DNA of 64,000 bases, from contig JAVJQW010000017.1 in assembly GCA_040218735.1 (NCBI GenBank), positions 256,001 to 320,000 on the forward strand. Direction: 5' to 3'. Below are positions 9,838 through 20,453 of this stretch, one piece after another (the first letter of the stretch is position 1; every line of letters starts with the position of its first letter). Position numbers and translations under genes: made by a program. The DNA comes from Deltaproteobacteria bacterium (GTDB taxonomy: Bacteria > Myxococcota > Kuafuiibacteriia > Kuafuiibacteriales > Kuafuiibacteriaceae). The notes under the pieces were generated by a model. That model worked only from the letters and a program-made list of their open reading frames with translations. It did not search any database and had not been told where the DNA came from.

Positions 9838-10506
9838 ATGATGCCGGCGGCTGTGACAGAACTGAGAAAAAGGGACGCGACCAAAACCCGACAGAAACTT
9901 CTTAGAGCGGCGGAGTACCTGTTCATCCGCAAGGGGTATGCGGCAACGACCGTCGATGAAATCTGCAAACGCGCCGGAGCCACGAAAGGCGCGTTCTTCC
10001 ACCACTTCAAAAACAAGGAAGACCTCGGCGTTGCCTGCGGGCGTGATCACGCGCAGCGGCACATGGACATGCTGAACGCCGCGGCCGAGCAGAGCTCGGA
10101 CCAACCGGTCGATCGCCTGTTCGATTACCTCGATCACGTGGTCACGAGCAGCACGCAAGCCGAGTTGCCCGCCTGCCTGATCGGCATGCTCACCCTCGAG
10201 CTGTCCGCGGTGAACGAGCGCTTCCACGAGATGTGCAACGAGGAGCTCGACAGCTGGGTGAACACCGTCGAGCAGCTCCTCGGGGACGCCGTCGCGACCA
10301 CCGGACGCAACGCGGACGTCTCCGCGCTCGCGCAGCAGTTCCTGACCACGTTCCAGGGCTCGATGATGCTCGCGCGCGCGAAGCGCGACCCCAAGGTCAT
10401 CGCCAAGAGCATGAACCAGTACCGCGACCACGTGGCGTTTGCGGTCACCGGAGGCGCCGGTCCAGCGCCACGCCAAAGTCATACCGAAGTCGAAGCCCGA
10501 GCGTAG
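9838..10506 (+). CDS. TetR/AcrR-family regulator (NemR-like)
   Basis: KGYAATTVDEICKRAGATKGAFFHHFKNKEDL HTH; CLIG..TLE C-terminal motif. Confidence 0.9.
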   Translation: MMPAAVTELRKRDATKTRQKLLRAAEYLFIRKGYAATTVDEICKRAGATKGAFFHHFKNKEDLGVACGRDHAQRHMDMLNAAAEQSSDQPVDRLFDYLDHVVTSSTQAELPACLIGMLTLELSAVNERFHEMCNEELDSWVNTVEQLLGDAVATTGRNADVSALAQQFLTTFQGSMMLARAKRDPKVIAKSMNQYRDHVAFAVTGGAGPAPRQSHTEVEARA

Positions 10507-11281
10507 CCAAGCTGCGCTCGCGGCCCGCGACGGGCACCTTCACGAAGAGCTCGAATCCGCGCCGGTCCAGGTGCACGCGTAGACCTGCCCCCAAGGCCAG
10601 GTACTCGAGCGCCGAGCCGCGCCCGAACCGCGCGTCGGCTTCGGTCACGAGGGCAAAGCCGTGGGTCGGACGAAAGGTCGCGCCGAGGATCGTGGTGAAT
10701 CCGAAGCGGAGATCCGCGGGCCCCCGGGAAACCGCGCCGGTCGCGAGCGCGGCGAAAGTGCCGTACCCCGTCCACGCCTCCGTCAACCGAAGTTGCAGCG
10801 CCGCGCCCGCGTCGACGCCGAACGGTTTGGCGTTTTCGTAGGGGAACGCGTCGGTCGGGATCAGCGAACGCCCGAACCCGGTGACGACCCACGCGTCCGA
10901 CTCGACGAAGCGCCACGACGCGCCGACCGTCGGGCGCCCCGGCGCGAACGTCGACGCGGTGAGCGAGGAGATCACCGTTTGGTAGCGCAGCACCTCGAAC
11001 GAGCCGAACACCGCGCCGCGTTCGAGGAACGTGAGGCTTCCCGCGACCAACGCCGCCGCCGACAGGTTCCCGTAGAAGTCCGAAGGCTCGACGATCGCGC
11101 GAGCCGCGGCGCCGAGCTCGAGCTCGTCGTGCGCGCAGGCGGCGACGCCGACGCCGAACCGCGACGGGAGGAAGCCGACCGGCGCCGGCCCCTCGAGCTT
11201 CGCACGCCAGGACTCGGTGCACGCCGCCTCCGCCGTGGCGGTCATCAACATCGCGAGCGCCGCGAACAGGAGCGCTCTCAC
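10445..11281 (-). CDS. Secreted hypothetical protein, possibly an outer-membrane beta-barrel
   Basis: Signal peptide (ATAEA); amphipathic beta strands; coupled to upstream gene; overlaps the TetR 3' end. Confidence 0.55.
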   Translation of the reverse strand: MRALLFAALAMLMTATAEAACTESWRAKLEGPAPVGFLPSRFGVGVAACAHDELELGAAARAIVEPSDFYGNLSAAALVAGSLTFLERGAVFGSFEVLRYQTVISSLTASTFAPGRPTVGASWRFVESDAWVVTGFGRSLIPTDAFPYENAKPFGVDAGAALQLRLTEAWTGYGTFAALATGAVSRGPADLRFGFTTILGATFRPTHGFALVTEADARFGRGSALEYLALGAGLRVHLDRRGFELFVKVPVAGRERSLATLGLRLRYDFGVALDRRLR

Positions 11282-14200
11282 TTCGCACCTCGCGTGAAGC
11301 GGCCGTCGCCGTCGCGATCGATCAGCAGCGGGTTCGAGAACGCGAGCGGATAGCCAAGGGGGGTCACCGCGCGGAAGTGATAGAGCGGGTCCGCGCGATC
11401 CGTGGGCGCCGGCGGCTCGGCGACCGGTCCGACCTCGTCGTCGCAGCGCTCGGGGACGTCGTCCTCGTCGACATCGCCATCCTCGTCGACGTCTTGATCA
11501 CGTTCGTCCACGACGTCGTCGTCGTTGCGTTCGACGTCGCGCCAGTCGATGCGTCCGTCGCCGTTGTTGTCGCCCGTGTCGACGACGCCGTCGCAGTCGA
11601 GGTCCGCGTTCTCGGCGAGGGGTGCGCCGGCTTCGACGACGATCCACGCGTCGCGACCGTCGTCGGGGAGCAGCTGAGCGAGCGGGATCGCGAAGTCGTA
11701 GAGCAGGTTCGACGACGACGAGAACGGGTCCGGCGCGACCAGCGGCGCGGAGCGGACGCGGACGACCTCCCCGTTCACGACGACGCGCACGCGATCGACC
11801 GGCACCCACGGCGCAGCACGAACGCGGACGACGAGCGACGCGTTCGGAGCGGCTTCGAAGACGTCGACGCTCGGCGTGACCGTGGCGCCCGAGGTATCGA
11901 GTGTCGCGACCTCGAGCATCGGTCCGTTCGTCCCGAACATCCGCCCGCGTTTGACGGCGGTGTTGAACGCGACCTCGTCGAACGTCGCGGTGTCCACGTT
12001 CGCGAAGACGATGTTGCGCGGCGAGCCGAGCACGCTGTCCGTCAGCCCGTGGGAGTCGCTGTTCGCGGTGCCGGCGCGGACCACGCCGTGTTCGAGGAGA
12101 TAGAACCAGTACGCGCGGTGGCCGAGGTAGTCCTCGTTGGCGCTCCCGTTCATCACCTCCTGCGTGTCGTAGTCCGCGTTGCTGCGCTCCGTGCCGGGCG
12201 GCATCGTGGCGAGCAGGCTCTGTCCGCGGTCGTCGCGCGACGCGGGGATCGGGAGGTTGGCGTCGAGGCTCAACGCGCGCGGGAAGCCGGTGTCGCGGCC
12301 GAAGAACATCGCGCCCCAGGGGTGGTTGAGCTGGACGACACCGTGCGCGGGGAAGCCGGTCGCGACAACGCGCTCGATCAACGTGCCCGGCTCGGCGAGC
12401 TCGTCCCACGGGCCGCCGCGGTAGGGGCCGTTGGGATCGAACGTCATCGGCCAGAAGTTCCAGTGCCCGACGACGCGCGGGAAGTCGGAGTCCGGGACCC
12501 AGTCGAAGAGGATGTGCCCGGTGGTTTCGAGGCCCGGCATGACCACGAGGCGGTCGCCGACGTTCAGCGCGGCGAGCGCTTCTTCGTAGCTCCACACCGC
12601 GTCGTGCTCCGTCGCCGCGATGACGTCGACGTTCGCCGCGAGGAACGCGAGGACCCGATCGCGGTCGGGGATCGAAGAGTCGAACGAGGCGCCGCCGTGC
12701 ACGTGGAAGTCGGCCGACAGCGCGCCGTTCGGTCGCAGGTCCGCGAGGCTCGCCAGCTCGAACAACAGCTGAACCTCTTGCGCCGCCGCGAGCTCCACCT
12801 CCCGGCGAACGAGCGAAGAGAACGGTCCACGAGTCGCGTACACGTCGTAGCGCCCCGGCGGAACGTCGAGTGTGACCGGCTCGCGGACGAGGACACGATT
12901 ACACGCGGGGGATCCGCCCATCGGCGGTCCGAGGAGCGGCGCGCATTCCTCGAAGTTGTCGAAGAGCCGCGCGGTGACCGCGTCGCGCGTCGCGGGGTCG
13001 GCGGGGTGAAAGAAGACTTGCGCCGTCGTCGGCGCGCCGTCCTCGGCGACAACCAACGTGACGCGGGCGGCGCTGGGGATCAAACGCGTGTCGATCGTAC
13101 GGTCCTCGTTCACCGGGCCGATAGCGTCATCGACGACGGTGCGCCCGAACGCGGTGACCGTGTAGCCGTACGAACGTCGGCGACGAACGCGGGCCGAGAA
13201 GCGACCGTCCGCGTCGGGTACGACCTGCGTGACGGGTACCCGCTCGTGCATCGGCGTGGACGGATCACCCTCGTAGACGATCACCGGGCTGCGCGTCTCG
13301 TTGTCGTTGATGCTCCGACCGCCCTGCACTTCGATGCGGCCGGACACCACGGCCCACGTCTCGTCGAAGAGCTGCCGGCGCGCTTCGAGGAGCTGGTCGA
13401 CGGCCGGCCCGATCGCGACACCGTCGGCGACGGTGATGAAACGTTCGTACACTTCGAAGTCGGAGGGCGGCAGGATGCGTCGCGGCATCCCGGTCGCCGA
13501 CACCTCCACGTCCTGGAACCCGTCGAGCATCGGGGCGTCGCAGCGCGTGATGCCGACCGCGGTCGGATCCACGCCGTGCCCGGACGCTGCCATGTACGGG
13601 AACGATTCGTAGACGTCGCCGATCTCCGTGAGGCCGAAGCTCGGTTGGTCGAAGCCGCGGCCCGCGGTGGGTGTGAACGGGATCTCGGAGCGCCCGCCCC
13701 AGAACCAGCCGTCGACCAGCGCGACGACACGGTCGTCGAGGCTGAGGTTCACCATCTCGGTGCGGATCCGAACGCCCGGCTCACACGGTCGCAGCTCGTA
13801 GCGCGTGTTGACGACGATCGATTCGTCGCCGTCGAGGTGCCCGCGCACCTGCACCGCTGCGAAGCCTTCGCCCTCCAGGAGCTCGAGTGTCTCGTACGCC
13901 ACCGCGTCGCCGGGGAGCAGCCCGACCCCGGTGAAGATCGACTCCATCCCGTCACGGTTCTCGGCGCGCGTCGCGAGGTCGATGATCGTTCCGCCCGTCG
14001 GTGCGAGCGCGTGAGGATGATCGATCGCGTCGATCACCACCCGGACGCGATCGTTCTCGAGGAGCACGTCGCCCTCGGCACCGAGCGCGTCGAGCCCCAC
14101 CGGGATGTCGTCGTCGTCGCGTGTGATCCGCCGGACGGAAGCGGCGCCCGACGCACATTCGTACGCGAGACGCTCACAGGGCGACTGCATCGTGCACGTT

Positions 14201-14328
14201 TCATCCGCGGCGACGAGGCACGACGTGGTCTTGCAGCCGAGCTCGTGCGTCAGCACCAGGCCGCACAGCACCACGCTCGACAACAGCGCGGGCGCCCAAC
14301 GCCGCGCGTCGATCGGTCTCGGGATCAC
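11278..14328 (-). CDS. CehA/McbA-like PHP-fold metallohydrolase, exported
   Basis: ADFHVH, ATEHD, QLNHP and ANSDSH metal motifs; Asp-rich DxDxDG loops near C-terminus; GTG 14328 overlaps the ALDH stop. Confidence 0.75.
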   Translation of the reverse strand: MIPRPIDARRWAPALLSSVVLCGLVLTHELGCKTTSCLVAADETCTMQSPCERLAYECASGAASVRRITRDDDDIPVGLDALGAEGDVLLENDRVRVVIDAIDHPHALAPTGGTIIDLATRAENRDGMESIFTGVGLLPGDAVAYETLELLEGEGFAAVQVRGHLDGDESIVVNTRYELRPCEPGVRIRTEMVNLSLDDRVVALVDGWFWGGRSEIPFTPTAGRGFDQPSFGLTEIGDVYESFPYMAASGHGVDPTAVGITRCDAPMLDGFQDVEVSATGMPRRILPPSDFEVYERFITVADGVAIGPAVDQLLEARRQLFDETWAVVSGRIEVQGGRSINDNETRSPVIVYEGDPSTPMHERVPVTQVVPDADGRFSARVRRRRSYGYTVTAFGRTVVDDAIGPVNEDRTIDTRLIPSAARVTLVVAEDGAPTTAQVFFHPADPATRDAVTARLFDNFEECAPLLGPPMGGSPACNRVLVREPVTLDVPPGRYDVYATRGPFSSLVRREVELAAAQEVQLLFELASLADLRPNGALSADFHVHGGASFDSSIPDRDRVLAFLAANVDVIAATEHDAVWSYEEALAALNVGDRLVVMPGLETTGHILFDWVPDSDFPRVVGHWNFWPMTFDPNGPYRGGPWDELAEPGTLIERVVATGFPAHGVVQLNHPWGAMFFGRDTGFPRALSLDANLPIPASRDDRGQSLLATMPPGTERSNADYDTQEVMNGSANEDYLGHRAYWFYLLEHGVVRAGTANSDSHGLTDSVLGSPRNIVFANVDTATFDEVAFNTAVKRGRMFGTNGPMLEVATLDTSGATVTPSVDVFEAAPNASLVVRVRAAPWVPVDRVRVVVNGEVVRVRSAPLVAPDPFSSSSNLLYDFAIPLAQLLPDDGRDAWIVVEAGAPLAENADLDCDGVVDTGDNNGDGRIDWRDVERNDDDVVDERDQDVDEDGDVDEDDVPERCDDEVGPVAEPPAPTDRADPLYHFRAVTPLGYPLAFSNPLLIDRDGDGRFTRGAK

Positions 14329-15728
14329 GACTTCGGGATCGTCGTCCGCAGGTGATAACTCTTCGCGCGTGTGACGGCGTGGAAGCCGAGCCGCGACAGC
14401 GACACACCCTTGCCGGAGTCCTTCCACCCGGTCCACGCGAGCAGCGGGTCGAGGTAGTCCGCGCGATTCATGAACACGGTACCGGCCTGCAGCGACGTCG
14501 CGATCCGCATCGCGCGCTCCTGATCGTTCGTCCACACACTCGCGGTCAGGCCGTAGGCGCTGTCGTTCATCTTCGCGATCGCGTCGGCGTCCGACCCGAC
14601 CTTCGCCACCGCGACGACCGGTCCGAAGCTCTCCTCGGAGGCGATCGCCATCGCGTGGTCGGTGTCGGCGGCGATCGTCGGCGCGAAGAAACGCCCGCGC
14701 CCGTCGTCGGACGTCGCGTTCCCGCCGAGCAACACCCGCGCGCCGCGCTGTTTGGCGTCGGCGACCTGGCCCTCGAGGAACGCCGGCGCACCCGGTTGCG
14801 CGAGCGGGCCGATGCTCGTGGTGTCCTTCATCGGATCGCCGAGCACGTAGCCGCGGGTCTTCTCGACCATGGCCTCTACGACGCGGTCGTAGACCGGCGC
14901 CTCGACGTACACCCGCTCGACGCCGCAGCAGCTCTGGCCCGCGTTGTAGAACGCGCCGTCCACGACGTTGTCGATCGTGAAGTCGAGGTCCGCGTCGGCC
15001 GCGATGTACGCCGGGTCCTTGCCGCCGAGCTCGAGCGCGACGTCGATGAAGCGCGACTCGGCCACCGCGCGGTAGATGCGGCGCCCGCCCGACACGGAGC
15101 CGGTGAACGAGACGAACCCGGCGAGCGGGTGCGCGACCAACGCCTCCGCCGTCTCGTGCGACGTATGAATCGCGGTGACGAGCCCCTTCGGCACGCCGGC
15201 CGCCTCGAACGCCTCCGCGATCTGCTCCGAGCAGCGCGGCGTGCGCGAGCTGTGTTTCAGCACGACCGCGTTGCCCGCGAGGACCGCGGCGATCGTCGGG
15301 TTGATCGCGATGAGCAGCGGATAGTTCCAGGCCGCGAGGACGACGACGACGCCGACCGGCTCACGGCGGATGAACCGCGAGAAACCGTCCTTCGCGGGGA
15401 GCACCTCGTCCGCGAGGCTCGCCTCGGCGATGCTCGACATCTGGCGGATCCGATCGATCATCCCGTTGATCTCGCCGTTCGCCTGGCCGACCGGCTTGCC
15501 CATCGAGGCGGTGATCTCTTGGGCGTACTGCTCGCGTTTCGCCTCGAACGCCGCGACGACCTTCTCCATCGCAGCGACCCGCTCCGCGATCGGAACCTGC
15601 GCCCAGGCCTGCTGCGCCACACGCGCCGCGGTCATCACGCCGTCGAGCTCGGCGGTCTCGGTGAGCGGTGCCTCGTAGACGATCTCGCCGGTGTAGGGAC
15701 TGTCGACTTTCAGGGTGCGCTGGGCCAT
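14325..15728 (-). CDS. Aldehyde dehydrogenase
   Basis: WNYP, FTGS..GG, LELGGKDP, NAGQSC and EESFGP. Confidence 0.95.
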   Translation of the reverse strand: MAQRTLKVDSPYTGEIVYEAPLTETAELDGVMTAARVAQQAWAQVPIAERVAAMEKVVAAFEAKREQYAQEITASMGKPVGQANGEINGMIDRIRQMSSIAEASLADEVLPAKDGFSRFIRREPVGVVVVLAAWNYPLLIAINPTIAAVLAGNAVVLKHSSRTPRCSEQIAEAFEAAGVPKGLVTAIHTSHETAEALVAHPLAGFVSFTGSVSGGRRIYRAVAESRFIDVALELGGKDPAYIAADADLDFTIDNVVDGAFYNAGQSCCGVERVYVEAPVYDRVVEAMVEKTRGYVLGDPMKDTTSIGPLAQPGAPAFLEGQVADAKQRGARVLLGGNATSDDGRGRFFAPTIAADTDHAMAIASEESFGPVVAVAKVGSDADAIAKMNDSAYGLTASVWTNDQERAMRIATSLQAGTVFMNRADYLDPLLAWTGWKDSGKGVSLSRLGFHAVTRAKSYHLRTTIPKS

Positions 15729-15750
15729 TCGATCGCGGGGCATAACATGG

Positions 15751-16311
15751 TCACACGATCAGCTGATAGATCGCCCAGAAGGTCGCGAGGATCACGAACG
15801 GTCCGGTGAGCGGCACGACCGGCGACGGGCGCTTCGGGGTCTGCTTCGACGTCGCCGCCCGCAGCGCTGCGCCGTCGTCGGACAACACGTCGCGCGCGCC
15901 CGAACGGAGCAGCTCCACGAACGAACGCAGGCCGACCCACGTCCCGATCGGGATCGCGACGACGAGCGGCAGCACCAACACCAGCGCAAGGAGGCGGCTC
16001 GCCGGCGCGAACCTCCGCAGCCGAAACCCGACCCAGATCTGCGCCCACCCCACCAACAGTGCGAGGCCCCCGCTCACCGTGGCCCACGCGGCCTCGCCGT
16101 CGGACCACGTGCGAACGCCGTGCACCGTACGCCCCGTACCGAACAGCACGAACCACACGCCGAAGAACATCAGCCAAGAAGCGATCCTCAGGACGCGACG
16201 CTCGAAGGGCAACGCACGTTCGCGCGCTTGCGTCGGTTCGAGGTCCGCCGTGGCGGGGTCCAGCTCCGCCTCGGTGCTCGCGAAGGGGTTCGCCTCCTCC
16301 ACCTGACCCAT
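15751..16311 (-). CDS. Hypothetical membrane protein
   Basis: NPFAS N-terminal motif, about 4 hydrophobic segments; start uncertain. Confidence 0.55.
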   Translation of the reverse strand: MGQVEEANPFASTEAELDPATADLEPTQARERALPFERRVLRIASWLMFFGVWFVLFGTGRTVHGVRTWSDGEAAWATVSGGLALLVGWAQIWVGFRLRRFAPASRLLALVLVLPLVVAIPIGTWVGLRSFVELLRSGARDVLSDDGAALRAATSKQTPKRPSPVVPLTGPFVILATFWAIYQLIV

Positions 16312-16402
16312 CCTGACCGAAAGAGCGCGCGCGCGCACCTCGGACGACATGACGTCGCGCGGGCCTAGGCGTTGGCTCGACTCACAACCATAATGCGCCG
16401 CG

Positions 16403-18346
16403 ATGCGGTCCTGTCCGCAGTGTCGCTCCCTGTTCACCGGGGAAGGCGAGTTCTGCACGATCGACGGCACCCGTCTCGTCGAAGACGTCGACGATCCTCT
16501 GATCGGTGAACGCATCGACCGGTACCGCTTCGTCGAACGCCTCGGCACCGGCGCGATGGGCGTCGTCTACCGCGTCCGCCACACCGAGCTCGACCGCGAC
16601 TTCGCGATCAAGGTTCTGTATGGGGAGTTCGCGGCGAGTGAGTCCCTCTCCGCGCGCTTCCGACGCGAAGCGAAGGCGATGAGCCGGATGAGCCACCCGA
16701 ACGTGGTGAGCGTCGTCGACTTCGGCTCGACCGCGCACGGCCTCGAGTTCCTCGTGATGGAGTACATCGAGGGCCGCACCCTCGAGGACCTAATCGAAGA
16801 GTCAGGCCGCATCGAGCCGCGCCACGCGGCCTGGATCGCGCGGCAGATCGCGGCCGGGCTCCACGAAGCGCACCGCCTCGGGTTCGTCCATCGCGACGTG
16901 AAGCCCGCCAACGTGATGCTCTCCGGCGTCCGCGGTCGCGAGCGCGCGCAGGTGCTCGACTTCGGCATCGTCGGCGTCAAAGACGACTCGATCAGCGCGA
17001 AGCTCACCGGCACCGGGCGCATCGTCGGCACGCCTCGCTACATGTCCCCCGAACAGGCGCGCGCCACCGACGTCGGGCCGCCCGCCGACCTCTACTCGTT
17101 GGGCGTCGTGCTCTACGAGATGCTGAGCGGCGAGGTCCCGTTCCCCGGCGACGTGCTCGCGGACGTGCTGGTCATGCACTCGACCGCCGACCCCGCACCG
17201 CTGCCGCCTTCGGGCGGCTTGGAGACGGTGGTCGATCGGCTCCTCGTCAAGCGCTTCGAGGATCGTGTGCAGTCGGGCGCCGACGTCGTCGCGCTGCTGG
17301 ACGCATGCTTCGACGACCTCGCGCCGTCCTTCCCGTCGGTGGTGGAGGACGAGATCCCGACGGAGCGCCCGGCGCGCGTCGAAGAGGTCTTGGAGATCCC
17401 GCCGCTCGCCGACGAGGAGCTGCGCCCATTCCCGCGCAGCGACTCCGGGCTCGGGCTGCGCACGTCGGATCGTCCGGTGTCTTCGCCGTCGCTCTACGAC
17501 TCGGCGCCCGCGGCGTTCGCGGACCCGACGTTCCGCGCGGGGGTGGAGACCTCCGGGTTCGATGCGCCCGGCTCCGACAAACTCAGTCAGGTCGAGACGC
17601 CGACGCCGCAGGCGCCGACGCACGAGGGCTCGCAGCCGCTCGTCTCGACGCCGGCGCCGCCGAAGCAGAGCCTGACGCTGCCGCTGATCCTCCTCGCGGT
17701 CGTCGCGCTCGCGATCGCGACGGCGCTCGGCTTCCCGCGCTTCGCGGAGCCGCCGACGCCGAAGCGCGCGCCGGTGGCCGCCGCGACCCCCGCGCCCCCT
17801 CCGCTGCCGCACCTGATCCCGCTCGGGATCGATCACCGCCCCGACCGTCGTGGCCTCGATCCGAAGCGCCCCCGACGCCGCCGACGGCGGGTCCGGCCGA
17901 GGACCGAGACGAAGCCGACGCCGCCGAGCATCTCGGTGGCGGAGCTGGAGTTCGCGCTGGGTCACGTCCTCGCGCAGCGCGGCCTGTCGCTGACGGACCT
18001 GGAGGGGCTTCGGCCCACGCGGCGCCTCGCCCGGGCGTGGCGCACGGCCAAGGACGGGCAGACCGACGAACAAGCCGCGGCGACGCTCGCTCCGCTGATC
18101 GAGGCGACCCGGTCGGTGACGATCACGCGGGCCATGCTCAAGCGAAAGGCGCGTCGCGCGCGCAGGGCTTTCGATCGCGCCCGGGGCGGCCTGGATGAAG
18201 AATCGTCCGAATCGCTCGCGACCCGGATGAAAACGGCAGAGCTGCGGGTTCGGACCGGCAAGCCGAAGACCTTCGACGCCCTCGCCCGCGAAATCGCCGA
18301 CATCGAGAAGTCACTTGCTACGGCTCCGGCCCGGACCGTACGGTAG
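16403..18346 (+). CDS. Ser/Thr protein kinase (N-terminal Cys ribbon, one TM)
   Basis: CPQC...CTIDG; LGTGAMGVVY, AIK, HRDVKPAN, DFG, GTPRYMSPE; TM LPLILLAVVALAIA. Confidence 0.93.
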   Translation: MRSCPQCRSLFTGEGEFCTIDGTRLVEDVDDPLIGERIDRYRFVERLGTGAMGVVYRVRHTELDRDFAIKVLYGEFAASESLSARFRREAKAMSRMSHPNVVSVVDFGSTAHGLEFLVMEYIEGRTLEDLIEESGRIEPRHAAWIARQIAAGLHEAHRLGFVHRDVKPANVMLSGVRGRERAQVLDFGIVGVKDDSISAKLTGTGRIVGTPRYMSPEQARATDVGPPADLYSLGVVLYEMLSGEVPFPGDVLADVLVMHSTADPAPLPPSGGLETVVDRLLVKRFEDRVQSGADVVALLDACFDDLAPSFPSVVEDEIPTERPARVEEVLEIPPLADEELRPFPRSDSGLGLRTSDRPVSSPSLYDSAPAAFADPTFRAGVETSGFDAPGSDKLSQVETPTPQAPTHEGSQPLVSTPAPPKQSLTLPLILLAVVALAIATALGFPRFAEPPTPKRAPVAAATPAPPPLPHLIPLGIDHRPDRRGLDPKRPRRRRRRVRPRTETKPTPPSISVAELEFALGHVLAQRGLSLTDLEGLRPTRRLARAWRTAKDGQTDEQAAATLAPLIEATRSVTITRAMLKRKARRARRAFDRARGGLDEESSESLATRMKTAELRVRTGKPKTFDALAREIADIEKSLATAPARTVR

Positions 18347-18399
18347 GACAGCTCGGGCGAACCCGGGTTCAACTATTTCGAACAATCACCTTGACGCAC

Positions 18400-18413
18400 C
18401 GAACGGTCGTTCG
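18400..18413. promoter_or_regulatory. Inverted repeat, probable TetR operator within a sigma70-like promoter
   Basis: CGAACG-GT-CGTTCG, just after TTGACG (18391-18396) and before the tetR start. Confidence 0.55.
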
Positions 18414-18417
18414 CCAT

Positions 18418-19053
18418 ATGGCGCGCGTGCCGCGGGACGCCACCCAAGAGGCCAAGGCCGAGCGCCGGGCCCGGCTCGCGGACCACCAACGCCAGCAGAT
18501 CACGAGCGCGGCCGCGCGTTGTTTCGCCGAGGCCGGCTACGACGCGACCACCATGCGCGCGATCGCCGAAGCGTGCGGTTTCACGGCGTCGTCGCTGTAC
18601 ACGTACTTCGACGGCAAGGAAGACATCTTCTCCGCGATCATCGAGCAGCTCTCCGAGCACGCGAACGACGTGTTCACGCGGCCGATGCCTCCGAGCATGG
18701 GCTTCGAGCAGCGCCTGGAGCTGCTCTTCATGCGTTTACTCGAATTTACAGAAACTCAACGTGACGCGCTGATCTTCATGAAGAAGATGCACCACGGTTG
18801 CGCCGCCGCGAGCGCCGCGACCGACACCATGATCCGCTCTGAAGTCGAATTCATCGACGCGATCCGCGACTGGATCGCGAGCAACGCCGCCGACCAAGAC
18901 TTCGGCGACGCAACGCTGGATGATGTCGCCTTCTTCGTGTGGGGCACCATGCACGGCTTCTTCGTGCAGTGGCTCGCACGCGGCGACGCCGCGAAGTTGG
19001 GAAACAAACTCTCCGTCATGACGCAGTTGATTCTGAAAGGTCTGAGGCCATGA
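18418..19053 (+). CDS. TetR-family regulator of the efflux operon
   Basis: AGYDATTMRAIAEACGFTASSLYTYFDGKEDI HTH; ATGA-coupled to the TolC-like gene. Confidence 0.9.
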   Translation: MARVPRDATQEAKAERRARLADHQRQQITSAAARCFAEAGYDATTMRAIAEACGFTASSLYTYFDGKEDIFSAIIEQLSEHANDVFTRPMPPSMGFEQRLELLFMRLLEFTETQRDALIFMKKMHHGCAAASAATDTMIRSEVEFIDAIRDWIASNAADQDFGDATLDDVAFFVWGTMHGFFVQWLARGDAAKLGNKLSVMTQLILKGLRP

Positions 19054-20453
19054 GTGCCGCCATCCTGTGCGTCGCGCTGTTGAGCGCGGCGCAGCAACCA
19101 TCCTCGTCCGAGGTGATGTCGGTGCTCGAGCCGACGTCCGGCGGCCTGACGACCGACGAAGTGATCCGTCGCGTGCTGGAGACCTCGCCCGAAGCGATGA
19201 AGGCCGAGGTCGAGCACATGAAGGCCGCCGAGGAGGCGAACACCGCGTGGACGGGCTACGCCCCGCGCGTCGACTTGTCGGCGGGATACCAGCGGCTGTC
19301 GCCGATCACGTTGCCGCCCTGTGACCCTTCGCTCCCAGAGGACGAGCAGTTCTTCTGCCTCCCGCCGGGTGTGAACCAGAACGACGTACAGGGCTTCGGT
19401 GCATTCCCACTCGACAGCTACAGCCTCGTCGCGTCGGTCTCCGTGCCGGCGAGCGACTACTTCCTGCGCATCATGCCGGGCTACGACGCCGTCGTCGGGA
19501 CGGAAGAGGTCGCGCGAAATCAGCTCGCCGCGAAGCGCGAGGAGGTCGCGTTCACCGCCGTGCAGATGTACCTCGACGCCATTCGCGCGCGCGCCGGACG
19601 CGTCGTCGCGGAGAAGTCGGTCGGAGTCCTCACGACGCAGATGGAGGACCTGCAAAAGCTCGCCGAGGCCGGTCTGAGCACCAACGGCGACGTCCTTCAG
19701 GTGAAGGCGCAGGTCGCTTCGGCGCAGGTCGCGCTCGAGCAGGCCAAGGGCGGCGTCATCGTGGCCAACGCGCGGCTCCGCCGGGCGCTGCACGATCCGC
19801 AAGCCAAGCTCGAACACGGTGAGGACCTCCTCGCGAGCGCGAACATCGAGCTCCCGGAGTACGAGGCAGCGCTGGAGCAAGCGATTGAAGACCGTTTCGA
19901 ACTCCGCGCGCTCCGCAAGCTCGTCGACGTGCAGGCCAACTTCGCGAAGCTCGAGCGCGTCGGTGTGTTCCCGCGACTCACCATCGACGGATCCGCCACC
20001 CACGCCCGGCCAAACCAGCGCGTGTTCTTCGACCCGACGGGCTTCAACACGACCTGGCAGATCGGCGTGAACCTCCGCTGGTCGCCGAACGACGCGGTCG
20101 TCGGCATGTCCAACTGGGACAACGCGGACCGCGACGTCGCGCTCGTCGAGACGGACATCATCGCGCTGACGGATCTCATCGCGGTCGAGGTCGCGAACGC
20201 GCTGGCCACGATGCGCTCGACGCGTGCGTCGATCCTCGCCGCACGCGAAGGTCTGGAGGCCGCCGAGGGCGCCTTCGACGACCGCAAGAAGCTCCTCGAC
20301 GCCGGACAGGGCACCACCCGCGAGCTCCTCCTCGCGGAGCAGGACCTGCGAAACGCCGAGCTGCAGATCATCAACGCACACTTGGATCTTCGCCTCGCCC
20401 GGGCACGACTCGATCGCGCGCTCGGCCGGCTGCACAAAGGAGACGATCGATGA
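19050..20453 (+). CDS. TolC-family outer membrane efflux protein
   Basis: Signal peptide; two OEP repeats (YAPRVDLSAGY; FPRLTIDGS; G.gT..elL.Ae..L..A). Confidence 0.88.
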   Translation: MSAAILCVALLSAAQQPSSSEVMSVLEPTSGGLTTDEVIRRVLETSPEAMKAEVEHMKAAEEANTAWTGYAPRVDLSAGYQRLSPITLPPCDPSLPEDEQFFCLPPGVNQNDVQGFGAFPLDSYSLVASVSVPASDYFLRIMPGYDAVVGTEEVARNQLAAKREEVAFTAVQMYLDAIRARAGRVVAEKSVGVLTTQMEDLQKLAEAGLSTNGDVLQVKAQVASAQVALEQAKGGVIVANARLRRALHDPQAKLEHGEDLLASANIELPEYEAALEQAIEDRFELRALRKLVDVQANFAKLERVGVFPRLTIDGSATHARPNQRVFFDPTGFNTTWQIGVNLRWSPNDAVVGMSNWDNADRDVALVETDIIALTDLIAVEVANALATMRSTRASILAAREGLEAAEGAFDDRKKLLDAGQGTTRELLLAEQDLRNAELQIINAHLDLRLARARLDRALGRLHKGDDR

